A stretch of 59,905 nucleotides of DNA, filler included, from Sphacelaria rigidula (Eukaryota), in assembly GCA_964200075.2 (NCBI GenBank). It is 10 parts of 10 records of this genome, joined end to end, with 100 filler letters (N's around TTAATTAATTAA, not from the genome) between each part and the next. Parts side by side here need not be neighbours in the genome. Positions count along the whole stretch, not along the records: positions 48,007 to 53,906 come from CAXNAA020023636.1; positions 54,007 to 59,905 come from CAXNAA020023637.1; 8 more parts are not named here. One strand, 5' to 3'. Under the pieces are notes generated by a model, which was given only the letters and a program-made list of their open reading frames with translations, did no database searches and was not told the origin of the DNA. A program made the translations under genes and the position numbers. Every line of letters begins with the position of its first letter. The stretch's first letter is position 1. Below, in pieces: positions 50,623 to 59,905 of this stretch.

Positions 50623-51610
50623 CTACTTCTTATGCATGAAAAAGGAAAAAAAATGTTGAAAGGAGCATTTTTGGCCCTCCTCCGTCGTTTTCCCCCCGAG
50701 AAGAGGGCTAGGCGGAAGTTGACACCTTGGAATGACTTGCTCTACTCGCTGAGACCGTTCCAGAGCACCTTTGCGTTTTCCGTAGATCATAGTTTTGTTT
50801 TTTGACGAAACTTGCATTCGCAATATCAACGGGTCAAGTTACAGAAGAAAATGGCTGTTTCCCCGAGAGTGCCCAGAAAAAGTTGACCCAGACCCCATGT
50901 ACCCCATCCTCCCCCTCCGGCGGTCGTAGGATTTTTTTTTCACATGAAGAAACACTCAATAAATACCGATTTTGGGGCGACTTGGGTGAGGTAGCGCCCA
51001 TGATTGTTGGCTCTATCTGCCACCACAAGATGCGATGCACATTGGACGTAAATTGGCGGTGCAGATAGATGCGTTTAGCTTGATTGAGCATGCATTGCAG
51101 AGCATTGTGGTATATATATATATTTTCTTGTTCTTGTCGTGGAAATGTGATGTTGTGATGTGCAATGTATTGCCGAAACCCATGAATATAACTTGGCCTT
51201 GGCTCCGAAGGTATGCGAAGAATGAAAGCTTCATTAACACGAATTTTTAGTTTTTATATACTTCTTATTTATTTATTTTTTATTCATGTATGGGATTTAG
51301 TGACCCCCCACCAAAAAAACACTTAGGATTAAGAAAATCGGCATAGGGTCTCGCATTAGTTGTTTTTGGACACTCCTGGTTTCCTCCCTGTTTTTCGATA
51401 GCTTGACCGTTTGTTATTGCGAATGCATTTATGGCCAAGGCCGAAACCGTGACGTATGGAAAACGCAAGGGTGCTCTGGAACGGTCTCAGCGAGTAGAGC
51501 AAGTCATTCCAAGGTGTCGACATCCAGCCCTCTTTTCGGGGGAAAAACGACGGAGAAGGGCCAAAAATGCACTTCTCATTAAGTTTTATTTTTCGATACA
51601 TGAGAAGTAG
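50623..51610. mobile_element. Foldback element with ~260-bp TIRs
   Basis: Arms share CTACTTCT.ATG, GCATTTTTGGCCCT.CTCCGTCGTTT and GACACCTTGGAATGACTTGCTCTACTCGCTGAGACCGTTCCAGAGCACC; no convincing TSD. Confidence 0.85.
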
Positions 51611-52946
51611 CCTTGGACGAGAAAAATATTACGTAATAGAAACAGGAAGGGGAGAAAAGACCAAAAACCCCCCAAGAAACATGAAAAACAGCAGCATATC
51701 AGCTGATATCCGTGGGGTGCTGTTTGTGGAGCACATATGCTGTGTATGTCGCAGTTCGCATCACGTATATTTTTTATTGGTTTTCTTTTGATCGTCGCAC
51801 TTCAACTGATCACCCAGGAGTCACGATCCAGCCGTGGTCATTATCCACGTGATGAACGTACGTTCCCGACATGGAGCAAAAGAGGAACACTCGCTGAAGA
51901 AAAAGGGAAGAAAACAGGAAATGTAGAGCAGACCAACAGAGTAGACTAAAAAAAGAAGAGAAGAAAGGGACACATGGAAAAATGTGGAAAAAGTGAAGTG
52001 GTCTCTGCCGCATGGCTTCGGTGAAAAAGTTCTTGCGTAGTACCACACTCGTACTCAATCGTCAGTCGTGAAAAACAGAATCTACCCTGTATATATGTCG
52101 CGATTGAGGTGATAATCATTGAATTCTACACCCCATGTCGTGTTCCACTCACTTGTTTTTTGTACTGTATGTCATTAGTGTGGTTGCTACATGTATCGTG
52201 TTGTGTAGTTTTCATCCATTCACTTGTGTAAAAAACTGTGTAATTGTTCATTGTGCAGCATATGTTGCATTGCAAGATGCTCTTCTTGTTCAGACGTTTG
52301 AGTCCTCATTAGTGGATGAGCTTGTGGCTCATCAGTTTGTCGCTGACCACGCGACCGAGCGGAGAATTGAACATTGTTATCTTGGAGCGCGGAATGAGGC
52401 GTTCTCGCGCTGTCTTGTGATGATGTGTGCGCGCATGGTGATTGATCGTCGTTGATTGCCACACATTAAGTCATCACTGATCCAGGAGGAGTCGAGCCAA
52501 GGTCACAATACACAACAGTAGAGGTATCCGAGGTATTCAAAATGGGAACATCGCTCTAAGGAAAAGGGAAATGGGCATAAGACCAAGAACGGATGTATTG
52601 ACGTGAAGAAAAAAAGAAGAGATGAGGCTAAAGCAAGAACAAAACAAATGTGAAGACGGCAAGCAAGGAAAGGGGAGGGATGAAAAAAAATGCCCTGATG
52701 ATGAAATATATAGTACAACTCAAAGTAGGAATAGCCGGCCCTTCTCCTTGCAGTATGACGTCAGGTGGAAGTGACTGCGCAAGGAACACTAATCCAGCCT
52801 TACACAGAACAAGGCCAACAGGCCGTGGGGGCAGGTTGAGACTCAGCTATTCCCGAACCTTAGTATTAGGGCGTGAGCTTTCACCCGCGTTATGGTGTGG
52901 TGTATGGGGCTTGTTTGTCGTCGTTTCTCAATATTGTGATGGATAG

Positions 52947-53301
52947 GTTGTTTCTTGTATGTGTGTTTCTTGTTTCATTTCTGACCCCCCTTCCCGTCCT
53001 TAGGACGAGTTGGAAGGCCGAGGAGATCAACCCATGTCTCCCCCGGTGCACGCCTTGCAATCTGGTGTCGCGGATCGGACCTGCACTACTCCTGCACCGC
53101 GTCGAATGCCGTCCAATAAACTCACTTGAAAAACGTTTTTTTTTTTTTGCTACCTTGTCACGCACGTCCTCACAATTTCAACGACGGAATATTAGATACT
53201 TGTGACAAAAAAAGGTACACTAGACGCATCTAGCGGGCATCGAACCCGTGTTTTTTTCCGACTTCATGATGTCTGCCGTGCTATTAGACCTCCGGGGCGC
53301 G
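52947..53301 (-). mobile_element. tRNA-derived SINE, family B
   Basis: Head CGCGCCCCGGAGGTCTAATAG, B box GGGTTCGATGCC, AAGAAAC/CA-rich tail; shares GATCAACCCAT.TCTCC.CGGT.C.CGCCTTGCA with the 39745 copy. Confidence 0.7.
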
Positions 53302-53854
53302 ACACTCCCGAGATTTATCGTATGTAGTCAATCGTCAAACGTGATCTCCCGTGATTTCAATCGCCTCCCGGCGCCCGTGACATTATTTGTGATCTACCTC
53401 CGAAGCATCACACAAGGCGCTATATCGGACTGAAATCGTCAACTACCCCACTACGATGCCTTTGGGCATCATGATGAGGTGATGACGTACATCCCGTCTC
53501 TTGAAAAGGGATAATCTTGACAGAACCTTGCCTGGGCTGGAATGACGAAATTTGCCTCCCACTCCTGCTTTTTTTATGCGGATTTTTCGTGCTGCAGCTC
53601 GGGGAGCGACCAGATGGTTGTGGAATTCCTACACTTGACTTTTAAAGTGCTTGATCATCCTTTCCTCTCGTCACCCCGTGATAATTTTTTTCAAAGCTCG
53701 ATCCCCCCGAGACACGACAGCCTGACTACACTGTAAAGAAGGAGCGCGTCTCCGTCGACAAAATATCGACGTGATCGGTATCATGATCACCGTTTATTGT
53801 CCGCTTTGTCATACTCTCAACTTTCCCCCTTGCTACGGACGGTATCGGTATGCA

Positions 53855-53904
53855 CCCATGAGGCAGTGTAAAAGCCGTGGCTGTCTCTGGAAGTGGCGAT
53901 ACCA
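53855..53904 (+). repeat. 50-bp repeat shared with contig 1
   Basis: 49/50 identical to 5509-5558; runs almost to the contig end. Confidence 0.85.
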
Positions 53905-53906
53905 AT

Positions 53907-54006
53907 NNNNNNNNNNNNNNNNNNNNNNNNNNNNNNNNNNNNNNNNNNNNTTAATTAATTAANNNNNNNNNNNNNNNNNNNNNNNNNNNNNNNNNNNNNN
54001 NNNNNN
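53907..54006. other. Artificial contig linker
   Basis: Same 100-bp linker. Confidence 0.99.
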
Positions 54007-54277
54007 CAGGAAAAACATGCCGGCCGTTCGATGATGATACGTGATTCGACTCACTTGGGTTTGCTACGATTGATTCATGATCACCTTGCATGAAGCCAAG
54101 GATCCGGCGATTTATGTTCGCTTCCGCAGCGTGCTTCAAGCCCAAAACCAAACGCTCTTCATAATCAAGGCAAGCGGCGTAGAAACCTCTTGATACTTCC
54201 TCAGTCCACACCCCGCCATACTTTGGCGGGTCTAGCGGCTCACCGAACACCAGCGGCGCTGCCGCCGCTTGAGCCAT
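54007..54277 (-). pseudogene. Possible N-terminus of an LTR-retrotransposon (Gypsy-like) gag, cut by contig start
   Basis: MAQAAAAPLVFGEPLDPPKYGGVWTEEVSRGFYAACLDYEERL; P..Y.G....F...YE pattern resembles gag capsid N-termini; no LTR or PBS confirmed. Confidence 0.35.
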
Positions 54278-54366
54278 GTCGTCTGGGACTCAAACACTTC
54301 ACGGAGAGACTCTTGCCTTACTTGTGCATCGTCCAGGCCGCGGAGCGTTCTCCACCGCTGTGCGCT

Positions 54367-54434
54367 TCAAGTTGGTTTCCTTCCGCCTGCGGGTCAAGTT
54401 GGTTTCCTTCCGACTGCGGGTCAAACTGGCTTCC
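54367..54434 (+). repeat. 27-bp tandem repeat x2.5
   Basis: TCAAGTTGGTTTCCTTCCG(C/A)CTGCGGG. Confidence 0.85.
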
Positions 54435-56037
54435 AGCTACGGCCCCTTTTCCTTAGCCAAACTCCTCCAACAGAGTGCCGAGAATAATATCTAGATATTT
54501 TAACCTCTGCCAGACGATCTGGACAAGAGGACTTTCAACGAGGGACTCCTCCAGTAGCACTGGCCTCGTGCTCGACAAGTCCTTTCTTCTAACTTGCTAT
54601 CATCTCGGAGTAATCCTCAACAGATCACATGCCCGACAGCAAGGGGTCACACGGATAAGGGCCATCAATCCAAGACCCCCTGCCCCCTGCCACTGCTCCA
54701 ATCATGCATGTGATTATGCTGAAACGCTACGGATTGGTATCATTCGACCACAAGCCTCGTTAGATATCACCCGTCCTTCTCAGCAGGTATTGAACCATGC
54801 AAACCCCATACAATTTATTCCCTGCGAACACCGTAGCCCTGCAGCATACAGCACGAGTTGGGCGCAAGAAAAACACTGCAGTAGTTGGGTATGATGTGTT
54901 TATTGTTGGTGGAAGCTTGAGCATATTTTGTCGCGGTGGGGGTTGGTGACGGAGCTGCGGAATTATATACCCCGCGGAGCATCGACGATCGACCCAAGTA
55001 TACACGCATAGATGTGCAGCCAGTACAAAGATTCACGTTGTTCAAGTTCGTTTCACGTCACACTGTAAGCGCTGTCTGTACCGCACTTCGCCCGCGTCCC
55101 CTTAAAATCTTGCTGCGAGGAAAGAAGATGCATGCACACTATAAGAACACTTTAGCTCACACGGGGTATAACACCCCTTCGTGTTTGCACACATCCAACC
55201 CGTATAGGGAACGTACGCATGCCTTGTGACGCATATTCTGCAGTACGGCTCCACACGTCCCTGCTCGGTACGGTATAGTTCAGACAGTACCATACGGGTG
55301 CGTGATTGTACTGACTTGTACCTCTATCGAAGTACAGAAGACGCGATGCGGTGTACTTACCCTGTGCAGGTGCAAAATTGCGTTCACGTGTAAGGGAAGC
55401 ACGATTTGTAGACAAGGGACGACGCGTTTTCACATCCTTTATGATAACAAATAAAGGGTATATATCAGACATTGACTATCTACAGCCGATTGACGTTAAC
55501 ACAGCCGTGGACATACACTTGCAGTCCACGTACGGAATTTGAACAGCAGAGGCTGCCGAGAAGTCCCCGTCCTGAACAACTGATTTGATCGTGGGCAAGA
55601 CGAGGTTTTGACAATCTCTGTAGTTTGAGTTCTCTTCCCTCCCCGGGCTGGCCGGCCTGGGGTGGGTGTGTGAAGTGCGACCCTGCACGCACACAGCTGA
55701 AGTGTGGAGAAAAGGCATAATCGTCGACAGTAGTAACAATAGCAACAGCAGCAATAAGGTAGCAACCGTCTTGCGTCCCCAGCTGCTGCTTGCGCTCGAC
55801 GATGATGACGGTACTAAATCCTGATGCGGCGGAATTTTCCCGACGGAGTTTTTCCCAACGGTAAAATTGGCCGGGGCTACACAGCCCGGGGCAGTGGCAC
55901 CAGGTAACCGCCGCCGAAAGCGTGGGATACGTAGCAATGAGAGTAGAGCTGCTAGGTATTTACACGTGTGTGAGCAAATTAAAACGATGCGGTGGTGGAA
56001 CCGGTCGAGACAGGTCGAGACTGCTGCCCCCGAAACC

Positions 56038-59000
56038 ATGACTGATAACAAGCACGCACGGAGCAATGTCAATTTGAGAACAAAATATCCACTTGCATGT
56101 TGATGGACAGAAGAGAAGAAAAAGCACGCCGCTCGGAAAAAGAGGCGCAGGAGACGAGCAGATCGGAGGGCTGCCGACAACAGAAAAACGATTGCAAGGG
56201 CGAGGGCCACGATCGACGAGCTTACTGTCGGTACCTACAATGTTCGCACGCTCGCTTTCAAACGTCCGAACGGCATTGACCACAGCGAGATTGTCCCGAA
56301 CCTTTGTCGGAGTCTGGGATGCGATACCGTAGGTTTGCAAGAAAATTGAAGAGATGGCCAATCGGTGTTCAGTGCGGCGGGGTTTACGGTATTCTGTTCT
56401 GGTAGCACGAGCGGGGCTAAGGGGAGCGCAGGAAAACATGGGAGTAGGGATCGCTATCAAGGAGTCAATCCTGGAGGAGATGGGACAAAAAGGTGCTACA
56501 GTCGAGTACCTCAGTGCTCGACTTACGAAGGCGAAACTTGAACTACACGGAAAATCCAACGCAGTATCATTTGTAGTTGAATATGCCCCGACAAGATCAA
56601 GTTTTAGGATGACGTATACCCGATACCATCTCACACGTACCTAGCAAGGAACACCTTTTCGTCATGATGGATGCCAACACCCGCACTGGAAAACGGGGGG
56701 AGAGGGGTGGAGAGAATGATAGCAAGGTACTTGGCGAATACGGACGGGACGTACTGGATAATAACGGTGAGAGGCTACTGGCCTCCACAGAGGAACAACG
56801 CCTCACCGTCTACAATACGTTCTTCAGAACACCCAAGCGGGGCATCTTGTACACTCTCCAAAGCTCCAACGCTGGGAAGGGACGCTATCGCCATGACTGA
56901 ATCCTCACCAGACAGACGGACCGAAAACTCGTATGCAACATCACCGTCCGCCGCTCACCACCCAGAAAACGCGAGTCTAGTCATAACCTCGTATCTGCAA
57001 AGGTCCGGCACCGTGGTCGCTTCGCGCCCAATCGTAAGGTGCGGAAACATGAACCGAGACGCAGAACGGCCGACTTTGAAAGGCTGATGGCTGACCCAGA
57101 GTTGAAAGCACTGACGTTGCAAACGGCCTTCCCTCCCTACCTCTTGCCTACAGATGCTACCGCCCCTGGCATGGCTGCAGGCCTCACCAATATGCTGATA
57201 TCCGCCGCAGCAGACACCGCGCCCCACGAGAAAAAGCAACGGGGCTCTCACTGTTGGTGTGCGAATGCCGAGACCAAGGCAAAGATCCACACTGCATGGA
57301 TGGTGAGGGAAACAGCACGGAGGGCGTCGATGTCAATGCCCACTGACACCTACCTCAAGAACGTCTTGAAGAAGACCAACGAGGAACTCCGTCGTGTTAG
57401 AGCACATGCGGTGGAGAGATTCTTCGAGACCTACACCAGCCGAGAGTGATGCTGCGATAGGGTCTGCACGTTTACGGCCTGAGATTATAGTTGTTAGGAA
57501 CCCTTTATCTCATCCAAAACACGACTTTCGGAACAGGTGAGAGTACGCCAGGATTTTTCTTCCAATTTTCTAGGGATATCCTGAATGAATTTGCAAACGG
57601 GGATATCCTCACCCATATTCTTGTGTAATTCCTAATTTCAGGAACCCCTGAATCAGACCGGTTTTGGCCACAAAAATGCTGACCCTATCGCAGCATTACT
57701 CCCGACTTGAAGCGCACATCGCGGAAGGTGACCAACGCGGATTCCACAAGCACCTACAGGGAATCGATGTCGAGGAATCCATGTAGCTCACAGCAGCAAT
57801 ATATCCGTGACAACAAGGGCCAACTGCTCAGAGACGTGAAGCTCATCCGCCCGCGGTAGGTACAGTGGTTTCACACCCTCCTCAGCACCAAGTCGCCCCA
57901 CCTCAACCCAGCAATCATCGACCAACCCAGGCGCGAATTTCGAGCACGTCGCTAGGCGTGGTGCCTACAATAGACGAGACAGCGGGTGCCATGTGATGTA
58001 TGTCCAACGGAAAAGCCGTTGACCCAAATGAACTGCCGACTGAACTGCTGAAGATGCTCCTCGACGGCGACGACACTAGCTGACAACAGATATTCCACGC
58101 TAGCATCGTTGTCCGCCGGGGTGGAGAAGCCGTACCACAAGAATGGAAGGATACCATCACAGTTCTCCACAAAAAGAGCGATCGGACGGAATGCGGAAAC
58201 TACAGAGCAATTTCACTTGTGTCACACGCCGGCAAAGTGCTCCTCAAGATAATCGTCCGCCGCCCAAGCACCTACTACAAGGGCAATGGAATTCTGCCTG
58301 AAGAGCAGTGCGGCTTCCGCCCCGGACGCTCAACCGTCGACACGATATTCACAGTTCGATGACTCCAGGAACTTGGCCGGAGACGACATATATACCGCTC
58401 TACATATGTTTCGTCGACGTCACGAAAGCATACGATTCTGTCGACCACCCATCGCTGTGGAACGTTCTGGAACGCTATGGCGTCCCACTCAGCATGCTCT
58501 CGATCATCCGCCAATTCCACGATGGTATGCAAGCTCGGGTGCGCATGGACGACGGGTCGGAATGGTTCGATATCGGACAGGGCCTCCGACAGGGATGCGT
58601 CCTAGCACCACTTCCGCTTAACAGTTTCTTCACGGCAGTGCTCACGGTGGCCGTGGCAACCTTCCGCGATGACCCTGACATCTCAGGGGACCTGTTGCGA
58701 GTCCGAAAGCGCGAAAAGGGAGATTTCCAACAGGACTGTGCGGTAGCAGAGGACGAGCCAGACGGGACCACAGCAATCGCGACGGAAGAGGTACGGCCCT
58801 CACGGAGTGTGCTGTACGCCGATCACGCCTGCATCGTCTCGCGGACACCATCGAGCCTCGAGAAGATGATGACGGTGATTGTGACGATCTGCGGAGAGTT
58901 CGGATTGACCGTCTCGGAAGCAAAGACGAAGACTATGCGACTGCATTCGCAGGCGGGGCACCTCGACATCAACGCGGCTGGCCAAGTATACAAACAAACA

Positions 59001-59700
59001 GACAACTTTGTATACCTGGGGGGGGTCAATCACGGTGAGCGGTGATCGATCTCTAGGTGAAAGTTAAAAGGCGTGTACAACGGGCATGGTTTAACTACCA
59101 CCAGTATAAAGTCCAACTCTACAATCGACCGAACGCGGCCGTCAACCTCAAGGCCCGCATGATCAAAGCCGAGGCTGTCGTGGCGCTCCTGTACGGGTGC
59201 GTCACGTGAACCCTTCTCAACGCTCACTTCAACCTTGCGCACGGTCAACCATGTGTTGCTCAGCCGGTGTCTAGGATGGCACAAGCGCAATCGCACAGAC
59301 CACGGTCTGTCATACCGAGAGTCCCTCGCGAGGACAGGATGCGAAAGCGTCGAGACGACGGTTAGGAAGAGGAGACTCCACTTCGCCGGTTTCGTCACGC
59401 GCATGTCACCCGGATGGATACCGAAACGCGTCATGTTCGATGAATTTATAGCCGTAAAGGGGCTGCAAGGAGAGTTTAACGTCGGGCACAAGGACTGGAT
59501 CCGCTGCCTAGCGGAAGAGAATGCGTTCGGTATCGAATAGCAGGGGTGGAATACCAGAGCCTGAAATGCAGTAGAGTGGCACAGCTACAGAGAGCAGAAA
59601 TGTTTATGACGGACTAGTGCCAAAATGATGACGCAGAGGCAGCGATACGGTACGCGAAACCTGCAGGCCAAGATGCACCGACAGCGCACCTGGGACCGAC
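56038..59700 (+). pseudogene. LINE APE endonuclease-reverse transcriptase pseudogene
   Basis: [127 protein letters not shown]-terminal RKRRLHFAGFVTRM; many stops and frameshifts; 3' end approximate. Confidence 0.95.
57444..57701. mobile_element. 258-bp Sola2-like MITE inserted in the LINE ORF
   Basis: TIR GAGTGATGCTGCGATAGGGTCTGCA / TGCTGACCCTATCGCAGCATTACTC (23/25); exact 4-bp TSD CCGA; removal restores ETYTSR-LEAHIAEGDQRGF. Confidence 0.9.
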
Positions 59701-59905
59701 AGTACTAACACCAACTCAGCATAGCCTACGCCAGATACGTAGAGCATTGTGTTTGGTTCCTATCTCTGATTTGTTCATCTCTTGTTCCTGGTGGGTTTTT
59801 TTCTGTTTTTTGTTTTGTCGGTGCCCTCCATACGTGTAGGCGTGGCGTTGCGTCAGGCCTCTGCCTTTCGTGTTGCCTACCTGCTGCTGCTTTGCGTTAC
59901 TGATT

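Larger units (their letters stand above)
55620..59905 (+). mobile_element. RTE-clade non-LTR retrotransposon (LINE), near full length, decayed
   Basis: Single APE-RT reading frame with no separate ORF1 visible; element ends approximate. Confidence 0.85.

Noticed and set aside
55821..55925. Hammerhead ribozyme (CTGATG-CGGCGG...CCGCCG-CCGAAA)
   Set aside because: Conserved A9 is missing and no stem III or cleavage triplet was found
55476..56634. 244-aa and 224-aa minus-strand ORFs
   Set aside because: Antisense shadows of the LINE leader and endonuclease

Overview
This is not continuous chromosome. It is ten short eukaryotic contigs (5901, 5901, 5901, 5901, 5901, 5901, 5900, 5900, 5900 and at least 5899 bp, sorted by length), joined by an artificial 100-bp linker N44-TTAATTAATTAA-N44. 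Adjacency across the linkers therefore has no biological meaning. Short GT-AG exons in long repeat-rich introns, a plastid-type SRP54 and the repeat types suggest a brown alga or a related photosynthetic stramenopile (inference). Recognisable host gene fragments: three exons of TBL3/UTP13 (contig 3), the last three exons of coronin (contig 5), three M-domain exons of plastid SRP54 (contig 7) and one PDZ exon of a DegP/HtrA protease (contig 9). Most of the rest is transposon-derived. This includes two decayed Copia elements nested head-to-head (one with an LTR and a triplicated half-tRNA-Met primer site) and a decayed RTE-type LINE split by a Sola2-like MITE. There are also two tRNA-derived SINE families, a 3.6-kb hAT-like element inside a foldback element, two tandem Helitron-like elements, several MITEs and a minisatellite. 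Most ORFs in the supplied track are spurious. I found no convincing new multi-gene system; the best leads are in transposon biology and are modest.
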